A stretch of DNA of 64,000 nucleotides from Bacillota bacterium (lineage in GTDB: Bacteria; Bacillota; Clostridia; Lachnospirales; Lachnospiraceae), in assembly GCA_023386815.1 (NCBI GenBank), contig JAEWIZ010000034.1, forward strand, positions 26,755-90,754, given 5' to 3'. Positions 10,216 to 18,881 of this stretch are shown here, piece after piece. Below the pieces are notes generated by a model. It ran no database searches. It had not been told where the DNA came from and was given only the letters and a program-made list of their open reading frames with translations. Each line of letters begins with the position of its first letter. The first letter of the stretch is position 1. The translations under genes were made by a program, and so were the position numbers.

Positions 10216-10725
10216 TTAGTACATTACATTTCCGTCTGAGTCTAAGAAATCATATTCTGCTGGTATCTCTTTAAAATAGTATAAAAAAGGAAGGTTTCCA
10301 ACTTCAATCATTTGTATCTTTCCATCTGCTGACGTTATTTGAAGTTTTTTACACTTAGAGTTATTGACGACGAAGGCATAACCCTCTTTCCATGAAAGTA
10401 CAGATATATCCATACCCCTGTTCATGGGTTTATACATCCTTTCAAATTTATACTTATCACCAGGAATTATCTGAAATTCTAATGGGAAATAGCTATGGCT
10501 CTGATACTCATTTCCTGTCATAAAATAAACTAAACTTCTCTTTTCATTATCAACGGAACCAATGATTTGGATATCAATGGTATCAGCATCAGAAATAGGA
10601 ATTACGTTTCGAGCAATTTTTATCATGTCGTCACTATCATTAGCTGTTTTTCTATTGTTATCTAGGAATAATAACATGAATGATATGATTGCTAAGGCTA
10701 TGAACACTAATATTCTCTTTTTCAT
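10216..10725 (-). CDS. Hypothetical membrane-anchored/secreted protein
   Basis: 169-aa ORF with an N-terminal hydrophobic helix and an AAAGGA RBS. Confidence 0.6.
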   Translation of the reverse strand: MKKRILVFIALAIISFMLLFLDNNRKTANDSDDMIKIARNVIPISDADTIDIQIIGSVDNEKRSLVYFMTGNEYQSHSYFPLEFQIIPGDKYKFERMYKPMNRGMDISVLSWKEGYAFVVNNSKCKKLQITSADGKIQMIEVGNLPFLYYFKEIPAEYDFLDSDGNVMY

Positions 10726-10880
10726 AATTGGGTTTCCTTTTACTAATCAATGAATGGGGTTTTTGAAAAAACATTTCCTCGGAACTTTGCTTACGAGTAG
10801 TCACAGCTGGTAATGGTAAATTATAGAAACTAATATGATTATACGTCTAGGATACCATTAATGCTACCGTGAATTTACAT

Positions 10881-11753
10881 CTATTGTTTCAATAGGTCAA
10901 TAAATACCTGTACAGCTTTAGAGGGAATGATACCTTTGGGTAAAATATATGAAAAAGCACGAGTATATTCATGAGGGGTTTTTAGGATAGAAAGTTCTTT
11001 GTCATTCAAAGAAGACTCTACAACCATGGAAGATATAAATGTTATCCCTAGGTTGTTTTTTACAGCTTCCTTTATGGAGAAGTTGCTACCAAAGACAATC
11101 ACGTTTTTCGCATTAATATTATTTGTGGATAGGAAATATTCTAAATATTCTCTTGTGCCAGAACCACGTTCACGACTTATCCAGGTTTGATTCCTTAGTT
11201 CTTCAATCGAATAGTTCTGATTCATTAAATAATGATTATATGGAACTGCCAGAACCATGTTATCCTCGTAAAAATGATGGATTTCATAATTTGATGATGT
11301 AACGCTTCCTTCAATCAATGCGATGTCCACCTGATAGTTATTCATTTTTTCACAGATATTATGCGTATTTTCAATAATAACCTCTAATTCTAAGTCGGGG
11401 TATCGCTTATTGAATTGTCCTAAAAAAGAGGGTAAGAAATATTCACCAATGGTGAAGCTAGCGCCAATACGCAACTTACCTTTTATAATATTTGAATAAT
11501 CTAAGAAATCATCTTTTGTATCTTCGAGAATTCTAATGATTTGTTTGGAACGTTCGTAAAGCAAATTTCCTGCTTCGGTTATATAAATCGTCTTTTGTTT
11601 GACAGAACGTTGTATTAGTATTGTGCCAAAATATTCTTCTAGATGCCTGATGTGCAAGCTTACACTTGGCTGTGATAAATGAATTGCCTCTGCAGCCTTC
11701 GTAAAATTTTTATGTTCAACAACTGCAATAAAAGTCATTAATTCTTCAATCAT
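10881..11753 (-). CDS. LysR family regulator (CysL/YeiE-like)
   Basis: NFTKAAEAIHLSQPSVS HTH and RERGSGTR motif; divergent from a YeiH gene; start placed at MIEEL after AAAGGA. Confidence 0.9.
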   Translation of the reverse strand: MIEELMTFIAVVEHKNFTKAAEAIHLSQPSVSLHIRHLEEYFGTILIQRSVKQKTIYITEAGNLLYERSKQIIRILEDTKDDFLDYSNIIKGKLRIGASFTIGEYFLPSFLGQFNKRYPDLELEVIIENTHNICEKMNNYQVDIALIEGSVTSSNYEIHHFYEDNMVLAVPYNHYLMNQNYSIEELRNQTWISRERGSGTREYLEYFLSTNNINAKNVIVFGSNFSIKEAVKNNLGITFISSMVVESSLNDKELSILKTPHEYTRAFSYILPKGIIPSKAVQVFIDLLKQ

Positions 11754-11895
11754 ATAATTAAATCCTTTCAGAATCATCAAAATAATTAATGGTTAATATC
11801 AGATATACCAATTTTACTTATGGTTATATTGCTATTATACTCATGTAGGAAAAGAAAAACCATTTATATTTGATAATATCTGAAAGGCTGGTTAC

Positions 11896-12933
11896 ATGCG
11901 AAAGATTTTAATGGCAACTAAAAAAGCTGTTTTAAACAGGTTCAATAAAATGATAAATATTTTACCGGGACTTAGTATCTGTGTAATAATTGCTTTGATA
12001 GCAAAAATGATTGGAAATTATCTTACAAGTATTGGTGGTGCTTCTATAGCTATTTTTATAGGTATGGCAGTAGGCAATACGTTTGGAAACAATAGAAGAT
12101 ATGCGGCTGGTACAAAGTTTGCTGAAAGTGATTTATTGTCGTATTCAATCGTTCTGCTTGGTGGTACATTAAGCGTACAAACACTTATGAAGCTAGGTGT
12201 CTCAGGGGTAGTATATATTATGCTGCAAATGATAACAACGATAGGTTTTGCAATCATGTTAGGTAAAAGACTTGGCTTTTCGGAAAACTATGGTTTTTTG
12301 ATGGCAAGTGGAAATGCGGTATGTGGGTCTTCTGCCATTGCTGCAACAGCGCCTGTTATTGGAGCAGATGAGAATGAGAAAGGAATTGCAATTACAATTG
12401 TAAATGTTACTGGAACGGTATTAATGCTTGCACTACCCTTCCTCGCAAGTTTAATATACGCATCAGAGACAATAAAAACTTCTGCGTTGATCGGAGGAAT
12501 ACTACAGTCCGTAGGTCAAGTGGTTGCGAGTGGTAGTTTAGTGAGTGAGGATGTAAAGGATCTGTCTACCATATTTAAAATAGTTCGTATTATTTTTTTG
12601 ATATTTGTAGTATTAAGCTTTGGAGCAATGAAAAGTAGGTCTAATAGGTCTAAGGAAGCGACTTTAAATGTAAAAGCAAAAGTTCCGTGGTATGTCATCG
12701 GATTGTTTATCATGTGTGCGTTATTTACAACAGGAATAATCTCTTCCCAGGTATCACAGATATTTAAAGTTATTAGCAATAACTTTGAAGTTATTGCGCT
12801 TGCCGGGATTGGAATGAGAGTTAACTTCAGAGAACTTATCAAGCAGGGAGCAAGAGTTTCTGCGTATGCATTAGGAATTGCAACGATGCAAATTATTTCT
12901 GCTATTCTTTTGATATGGATCATGAAACTATAA
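11896..12933 (+). CDS. YeiH family putative sulfate exporter
   Basis: GNAVCGSSAIAATAPVI motif, multiple TM helices, divergent LysR. Confidence 0.88.
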   Translation: MRKILMATKKAVLNRFNKMINILPGLSICVIIALIAKMIGNYLTSIGGASIAIFIGMAVGNTFGNNRRYAAGTKFAESDLLSYSIVLLGGTLSVQTLMKLGVSGVVYIMLQMITTIGFAIMLGKRLGFSENYGFLMASGNAVCGSSAIAATAPVIGADENEKGIAITIVNVTGTVLMLALPFLASLIYASETIKTSALIGGILQSVGQVVASGSLVSEDVKDLSTIFKIVRIIFLIFVVLSFGAMKSRSNRSKEATLNVKAKVPWYVIGLFIMCALFTTGIISSQVSQIFKVISNNFEVIALAGIGMRVNFRELIKQGARVSAYALGIATMQIISAILLIWIMKL

Positions 12934-13070
12934 TAGTAGCTTTAATGTAGAAATAGAAGGGGATACCTATGATGGGAGAGATAGTAGGTCCCTTAGGTAA
13001 CATGTTTTTATTGATAAGGAATCATGTAAAAGTTAAATGTGATAAGGAATAAAAAAAATTAATTTAGGTA

Positions 13071-13099
13071 TTGCAATTTTTCTATATCCTTGTTATAAT
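13071..13099 (+). promoter_or_regulatory. sigma-A promoter of tRNA-Leu(AAG)
   Basis: TTGCAA-17bp-TATAAT with an extended -10 TG. Confidence 0.75.
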
Positions 13100-13188
13100 T
13101 TAATTCGTTCGCTAGACATAATCCAGCGAAGAAGTCAGCATAATATCTAATGCATATGTATTGGAAATGCCTGATTTAATGTGTTTTT

Positions 13189-13272
13189 GCAGTCGTGGCG
13201 GAATTGGCATACGCGCTAGACTAAGGATCTAGTCCGGGTTTCTGGGTAGGGGTTCAAGTCCCCTCGACTGCA
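13189..13272 (+). tRNA. tRNA-Leu(AAG)
   Basis: GCAGTCG/CGACTGC acceptor stem, CTAGA-CTAAGGA-TCTAG anticodon arm (anticodon AAG), long variable arm, GGTTCAAGTCC T-loop. Confidence 0.93.
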
Positions 13273-13309
13273 CTATAAAAATGAGAATCAAACTTTCGGG
13301 TTTGGTTCT
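13255..13309 (+). repeat. Direct repeat copy 1 (tRNA 3' end plus terminator; attL-like)
   Basis: 42 bp identical and 54/55 bp matching to 15289-15343. Confidence 0.9.
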
Positions 13310-13475
13310 TTTTTTTGTATTGAAGTCGAGTACGAAACCGTACTCATCGCGATGATAGTTATTTTCCATAGCTTTACTATAACGGCTTACAATATTTACC
13401 AAAACTTCTTGTTATTACCATAGGACAAGTGATATAATCAAAGAGTAAATTATTTTATTTCAGGAGGTGCAATCC

Positions 13476-15287
13476 ATGAAAAGAGTTTGCAGATTGATTA
13501 TTTCACTGGTACTGGTCTTAGCCATGACATTTGGCTTGTTGCCGGGAGGTGTGGCTGCCATTGCCGCCAGCAAGACATCCAATCGCAGCAATATTGCTAT
13601 TATCTACACAAATGACGTACACTGTGGTGTAAATCAGATCAAGAGTGAGGATGGGGCTGTCACAAATATTGGCTATGCCGGTCTTGCAGCCTATAAGAAG
13701 AAAATGGAGAAAGAATTTGGTAAGAATTATGTTACTCTGGTTGATGCCGGTGACGCAGTACAAGGAGATGCTATTGGTACACTTTCGCAGGGGCAGTACC
13801 TGGTTGACATTATGAATCAGGTCGGTTATGACATCTTTGTACCTGGAAACCATGAGTTCGATTACGGTATGGATCGTATGCAGGAGTTGATGAAGAACCT
13901 TGATGCGAAGGTGATTTCCTGCAACTTTGCCGATTTAAGAACCAAAAAACTTGTTTACCAACCTTATACCATTGTCACCTATGGTAAAGGTGCCAATGCA
14001 ACAAAAGTGGCTTTTGTAGGTATTACGACACCGGAATCATTTACAAAGTCTACACCCGCATATTTCCAGGATAAAAATGGAGAATTTATCTATAACTTCA
14101 AAGAGGGAAATAATGGGAAAGAACTGTATCAAGCCGTTCAGAAGGCGGTGAACGATGCTAAAAAGAAAGGTGCGCATTATGTCATAGCCATGGGACATCT
14201 GGGTATTGACGCACAGTCCAGTCCGTGGCGCTCTACCGACGTTATCGAAAATACCACTGGAATTGATGCCTTCATAGATGCACATTCCCACAGCACCGTT
14301 GTGGGTGACGTTGTACAAAATAAAGACGGTAAAGACGTCATTCTTACTCAGACCGGAACGAAGATGGCCACCATAGGACGCTTGGTGATTAAGGGTAAAG
14401 ACGGCAGTATGACCACTAGTCTGATCAGTGGTTATGCAGAGCAGGATGAGGCTACTACCAGCTTTATTGCAGATATAGAAAAAAGTTTTGCAGATGATTT
14501 GGCAGCCAAGGTAGGTAAGACCGAAGTAGCGCTGACGGTTATTGATCCTGCGACGAGTAAACGTATGGTACGAAGCCGGGAGACTAACCTGGGAGATCTG
14601 TGTGCTGACGCTTATCGCTATGTTCTGGGTAATGGCAAGTCAGGGGCGGAGAGCGGCCCGGCTGATATAGCCTTTGTGAATGGCGGTGGTATCAGGGCTG
14701 ATATCAATGCCGGCGATATAACCTTCGGTGAAGTCATCGCAGTACATCCATTTAATAATGTTGGTTGCGTTGTGAAAGCGACTGGTCAGGAAATACTTGA
14801 TGCATTGGAAATGGCTGCGCGCGTGGCTCCGGAGGAGAATGGTGGATTTTTGCAGGTTTCCGGACTGACTTACACCATTGATACTTCCGTTGCATCTACA
14901 GTAGTGGTTGATGACAAGAAGAATTTTGTAAAGGTCGCAGGTGGCTACCGAGTCAAGGACGTTAAAGTAGGAGGCGAAGCCCTCAATCTAAACAAAACCT
15001 ATACATTGGCATCACATAACTATATGCTGTTGAACGGAGGAGACGGAATCAATATGTTCCGCGATAACGAAATCGTTGTACAGCCTGTCATGCTGGATAA
15101 TCAGATTTTAATCAGTTATATCCAGAATTATCTGAACGGCATAGTCGGTGATACATATTCTAACCCTTACGGACAAGGTCGCATTCAAATAAAGGAAGTT
15201 GATACTGTTTCGCAGACAGTAAATTACTGGGTGGCCAAGGCAATTGGCTTTACACAGGAATGGTTCGCTAAAAGAGCAAAGCAATAA
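13476..15287 (+). CDS. Secreted bifunctional metallophosphatase/5'-nucleotidase
   Basis: Signal peptide; TNDVH, DAGD, GNHEFD, HLG and DAHSH motifs; ETNLGD and NGGGIR in the C-domain; ATG after AGGAGG. Confidence 0.92.
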   Translation: MKRVCRLIISLVLVLAMTFGLLPGGVAAIAASKTSNRSNIAIIYTNDVHCGVNQIKSEDGAVTNIGYAGLAAYKKKMEKEFGKNYVTLVDAGDAVQGDAIGTLSQGQYLVDIMNQVGYDIFVPGNHEFDYGMDRMQELMKNLDAKVISCNFADLRTKKLVYQPYTIVTYGKGANATKVAFVGITTPESFTKSTPAYFQDKNGEFIYNFKEGNNGKELYQAVQKAVNDAKKKGAHYVIAMGHLGIDAQSSPWRSTDVIENTTGIDAFIDAHSHSTVVGDVVQNKDGKDVILTQTGTKMATIGRLVIKGKDGSMTTSLISGYAEQDEATTSFIADIEKSFADDLAAKVGKTEVALTVIDPATSKRMVRSRETNLGDLCADAYRYVLGNGKSGAESGPADIAFVNGGGIRADINAGDITFGEVIAVHPFNNVGCVVKATGQEILDALEMAARVAPEENGGFLQVSGLTYTIDTSVASTVVVDDKKNFVKVAGGYRVKDVKVGGEALNLNKTYTLASHNYMLLNGGDGINMFRDNEIVVQPVMLDNQILISYIQNYLNGIVGDTYSNPYGQGRIQIKEVDTVSQTVNYWVAKAIGFTQEWFAKRAKQ

Positions 15288-15288
15288 C

Positions 15289-15343
15289 CAAGTCCCCTCG
15301 ACTGCACTATAAAAATGAGAATCAAACTTTAGGGTTTGGTTCT
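15289..15343 (+). repeat. Direct repeat copy 2 (attR-like duplicate of tRNA-Leu 3' end plus terminator)
   Basis: CAAGTCCCCTCGACTGCACTATAAAAATGAGAATCAAACTTT(A)GGGTTTGGTTCT matches 13255-13309. Confidence 0.9.
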
Positions 15344-15641
15344 CTTTTTATGACTTTAATTTCCTGAAAGTTAAAAATCATTCATACTTACATTTTTGTT
15401 CAAAAATAGTTATAATAAGATTACATTTTGGAAATCTGAAGTATGAGAATAGTGAGTTATAACATAAAGATTATATACCTCCTGAATTATGACAAGCTCA
15501 GGAGGCTGATTGTACGTTTCTACTCTGAAATTGTCAGATGGAAAAATCAATTAATATAACATGGATAGAAAGAATAAAAATGTGGAATGAATACTAAATA
15601 TTGATGATCAGAAAAAGCATTAGGGACGCTGATGAATATTT

Positions 15642-15669
15642 ATGTAACAGTTTTATTATTTTGTTGTAT
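15642..15669 (+). repeat. Left inverted recombination site (IRL)
   Basis: ATGTAACAGTTTTATTATTTTGTTGTAT equals the reverse complement of 16472-16499 at 26/28 positions. Confidence 0.88.
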
Positions 15670-15671
15670 CC

Positions 15672-15700
15672 ATTATATGATATAATGTGCTATAAAGCAA
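15672..15700 (-). promoter_or_regulatory. Outward-facing sigma-A promoter inside the invertible segment
   Basis: Minus strand TTGCTT (15700-15695), 17-bp spacer, TATAAT (15677-15672); predicted start site falls within IRL. Confidence 0.7.
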
Positions 15701-15742
15701 CAATTATTGCAAAATATTTCATAATTATACAAGTATTTACAG

Positions 15743-16303
15743 CTAAAACTGCACTAGACTGTATAGTTCGTCTTTTTGATCTTGGTTGATACCGATGTAT
15801 CTTAGCGTTATACTAGGTGAGCTGTGATTAAAGGTATCCATGATCAGACCAACGTTATAATTGGATAATTTATAAGTCCAATAACCCCAGGTTTTCCTTA
15901 AACTGTGTGTTCCAAAATTCTCAAGTCCGATATGATCCGCGGCATCCTTTAAGACCCGATATGCCTGAATCCTGCCTAAATAGTCGCCTTTGCGGCTTTT
16001 GAACAAGTAGCTGTCATGAGCTAAATTGTTTGACTCTATATATTTCTTAATCTCCTTGGAAAGTGCATCATTTATTTTTATCTTTTTCTCTTTTCCCGTC
16101 TTTTTTTCATTTAGAACAAAATATTCCCGAAATTGTCCTTCCTGAGTTAGAACATCTTCAAGCTGAATTGGTAATATGTCGCTAATTCTTAGTCCGGTGT
16201 TTAGGCCAAATTTAAATAATAAACCGTATTTTAGATCCTTATTGGCTAAATAATAATACATTTGATCGATCTTTCCCTTGTCTCTGATAGGTTCTACTGT
16301 CAT
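15743..16303 (-). CDS. Minimal (catalytic-domain-only) tyrosine recombinase, 186 aa
   Basis: MTVEPIRD start after AGAAGG RBS; catalytic R (TGLRISD), H-x-x-R (HSLRKT), H (FNHSS) and Y (TLRYIG). Confidence 0.92.
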   Translation of the reverse strand: MTVEPIRDKGKIDQMYYYLANKDLKYGLLFKFGLNTGLRISDILPIQLEDVLTQEGQFREYFVLNEKKTGKEKKIKINDALSKEIKKYIESNNLAHDSYLFKSRKGDYLGRIQAYRVLKDAADHIGLENFGTHSLRKTWGYWTYKLSNYNVGLIMDTFNHSSPSITLRYIGINQDQKDELYSLVQF

Positions 16304-16471
16304 CAAAATACCTTCTTTCTTAATTTTATGCCAAACTCTATTAATGTACCAACTCAGAAATGTACCAAAACGCCGTAAAGTGTGATAATTACCTTCTTCG
16401 TTCGCTGTCATAAATGACATTATACAATTATATATCCGAACTAGATAAAAATCATCAGATTTCCCATGTTA

Positions 16472-16499
16472 ATGTAACAAAATAATAAAACTGTTACAT
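16472..16499 (-). repeat. Right inverted recombination site (IRR)
   Basis: ATGTAACAAAATAATAAAACTGTTACAT, with internal dyad ATGTAACA...TGTTACAT. Confidence 0.88.
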
Positions 16500-16597
16500 T
16501 AGACCTAAGCCAATTAGCTAGCCAATCAAAATGGGCGTATATCTGGGTTCTGATGGAATGGAAATATAATCATTTACAAAGGGAAAGGGGTGAAAGA

Positions 16598-17092
16598 ATG
16601 GCGGAACAAAGCATGAAGCTTGAACAGGCGGAAGAAGATACACAAAAAGGTAGGTTTCTAACCTTTGCTTTAGATAATGAAACCTATGGTATTGAAATTC
16701 AGCATGTAATAGAAATCATTGGAATTCAGGCGATCACATTAATTCCAGAAATGCCGGACTACATCAAAGGTATCATAAATCTAAGGGGGAAGATCATTCC
16801 TTTAATGGACGTAAGAATACGTTTTAAAAAGGCAGCAGTGGAATATAATGATCGAACCTGTGTAATCGTGGTTGATATTGACCAAATGTCAGTCGGTCTT
16901 ATAGTTGATCGTGTGTCTGAGGTACTGACGATTACGGATGATAATATTGTAGAGCCTCCACAGATGAATATGGGCTATCCTAATCGGTATCTTAAAAAGA
17001 TTGGAAAAGTCGGCAGCGAAGTTAAGCTGCTGCTGGATTGTACTAAGTTATTAACGGAAGAAGAACAAATGAACTTAACGCAGGCTATTTAG
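16598..17092 (+). CDS. cheW: Chemotaxis coupling protein CheW
   Basis: FLTFAL...YGIEI, GIINLRGKIIP and GLIVDRVSEV motifs; ATG after AAGGGGTG. Confidence 0.93.
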   Translation: MAEQSMKLEQAEEDTQKGRFLTFALDNETYGIEIQHVIEIIGIQAITLIPEMPDYIKGIINLRGKIIPLMDVRIRFKKAAVEYNDRTCVIVVDIDQMSVGLIVDRVSEVLTITDDNIVEPPQMNMGYPNRYLKKIGKVGSEVKLLLDCTKLLTEEEQMNLTQAI

Positions 17093-17118
17093 ATCATGCA
17101 TAAGAAAGGGTAAATCAC

Positions 17119-18825
17119 ATGAAATGGTTTCTAAACTTAAAAATCGCTGTGAAATTAATATCCAGCTTTATTCTGGTAGCTCTTATTGCCGGACTGGTTG
17201 GTGTAATAGGTTTAATTAACATCAATAGAATTAATCAGGAAGATACGCAGCTGTTTGTTGAAAATACAATGGGCATTAAAACAATTGGAGAAGCCGATAT
17301 TGCTTATCAGAGGCTTCGGTATAACACAGCAAAAATCATAATGGATCCTCAAAATAAAGATTCTTATATTGAAAAAATCGATCAATATATCGATGATGTT
17401 GGGAACAGTCTGGATACCTATGAAGAAAGTATTTTTGATCAGAAGGATCGAGAGCTTTTTGATGGATTAAAGGTAGAATGGAACGTATTTTATCAACAGC
17501 TCAAGGAGATAAGGGGTTATATAGATAACGAGAATCTAGATGCAGCTAAGAGCATGATTCTAGGAGATCTCCAAATCACAGGGGATAATCTTCAGGCATC
17601 TTTTGACTCCATCTTTGAATTAAATGCTATATCTGCACAAAACAAATCCAACAGTAATAATGAATTAGCCTTCCAATCCTCTGTTACCATGATCATCGTA
17701 ATAATAATTGGTGCTCTGATTGCAGTTGTACTCGGTGTTGTGATATCAAGCATCATCAGTAATCCGATTAAAAAGCTGGTTAAGGCAGCTGATCAGTTAG
17801 CAGTTGGCGATATTGATGTTAACCTTGAGGCAAATACGAAGGATGAGGTCGGTATGCTGATGGAAGCCTTTGACCGCATGACAGCAAGTATACGAGAACA
17901 GGCACTGGCTGCAGAGAAGATAGCCGATGGTGATCTGACCGTTAAAATCAATGTTAGATCCGACCATGACCTGTTGGGTAAAAAGCTTTACGAGATGGTG
18001 GAAAAAAACAACGAGGTACTCAATAGAATTGCTGTCGCATCTGATCAGGTTGCTAACGGAGCAAAACAAATATCTGATTCCGGCATAGCATTATCCCAGG
18101 GCGCAACGGAACAAGCGAGTGTAATTGAAGAATTAACTGCATCATTAGAAGAGATATCCAGCCAAACAAATCTCAATGCACAAAATGCAAATCAAGCCAA
18201 TGAACTTGCTGAAATTGCAAGATTGAACGCAACCGAGGGTAATGCCCAGATGAAGAACATGCAAAAAGCCATGCTGGACATTAATGATTCCTCTGCAAAT
18301 ATATCTAAAATTATTAAAGTGATTGATGAAATTGCTTTCCAGACAAACATATTAGCATTAAATGCAGCAGTTGAGGCTGCAAGAGCAGGTCAGCACGGAA
18401 AAGGCTTCGCCGTAGTTGCTGAGGAGGTTAGAAATCTGGCAGCTAGATCTGCGAATGCTGCTAAGGAAACAACGGAACTGATTGAAGGTACGATTAAGAA
18501 GGTTGATGTCGGTACGAAAATTGCCAATGAGACCGCGGAAGCATTGAATAAAATTGTTGAGGATGTATCGAAAGCTGCTACTTTGGTCAGCGGAATAACA
18601 GCGGCCTCCAACGAACAGGCAATCGGAATATCCCAAATAAATGAGGGGATTATGCAGGTCTCCGAAGTAGTGATGACTAATTCTGCTTCCTCAGAGGAAA
18701 GTGCAGCCGCCAGCGAAGAGTTATCAGGTCAGGCAGAGCTTCTAAAGGAAACAGTAGGAAAGTTTAAGCTGATGCAATCAGATCAATATTATAGCAGAGT
18801 GGATAGCTTGTATCGGGGGATATAG
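17119..18825 (+). CDS. Methyl-accepting chemotaxis protein (2 TM, four-helix sensor, HAMP)
   Basis: [37 protein letters not shown] signalling tip. Confidence 0.95.
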   Translation: MKWFLNLKIAVKLISSFILVALIAGLVGVIGLININRINQEDTQLFVENTMGIKTIGEADIAYQRLRYNTAKIIMDPQNKDSYIEKIDQYIDDVGNSLDTYEESIFDQKDRELFDGLKVEWNVFYQQLKEIRGYIDNENLDAAKSMILGDLQITGDNLQASFDSIFELNAISAQNKSNSNNELAFQSSVTMIIVIIIGALIAVVLGVVISSIISNPIKKLVKAADQLAVGDIDVNLEANTKDEVGMLMEAFDRMTASIREQALAAEKIADGDLTVKINVRSDHDLLGKKLYEMVEKNNEVLNRIAVASDQVANGAKQISDSGIALSQGATEQASVIEELTASLEEISSQTNLNAQNANQANELAEIARLNATEGNAQMKNMQKAMLDINDSSANISKIIKVIDEIAFQTNILALNAAVEAARAGQHGKGFAVVAEEVRNLAARSANAAKETTELIEGTIKKVDVGTKIANETAEALNKIVEDVSKAATLVSGITAASNEQAIGISQINEGIMQVSEVVMTNSASSEESAAASEELSGQAELLKETVGKFKLMQSDQYYSRVDSLYRGI

Positions 18826-18881
18826 CAAAGGAATTCATATAGCTTTTGATGAAATGGTTACCCCGGGAGGAATGAGATGAG

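Larger units (their letters stand above)
15642..16499. mobile_element. Putative invertible DNA segment carrying its own tyrosine recombinase and an outward promoter
   Basis: Bounded by 28-bp inverted repeats (26/28 match, 24 contiguous) with dyad recombination-site architecture. Confidence 0.8.

Noticed and set aside
15601..15789. 62-aa plus-strand ORF across the left inverted site
   Set aside because: TTG start without RBS; overlaps the recombination site, the promoter and the recombinase stop
15743..16303. Recombinase as the integrase of the tRNA-Leu islet or of a prophage
   Set aside because: It lies outside the direct repeats, lacks the N-terminal domains of island integrases, has no phage or conjugation genes nearby, and is flanked by its own inverted sites
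16304..16420. 39-aa N-terminal extension of the recombinase in the ORF track
   Set aside because: No RBS at 16420; an AGAAGG RBS and the family-typical start VEPIRD support 16303
16542..16570. Independent cheW promoter at TATAAT 16565-16570
   Set aside because: No matching -35 (TCTGGG) or extended -10; kept only as a caveat to the switch model
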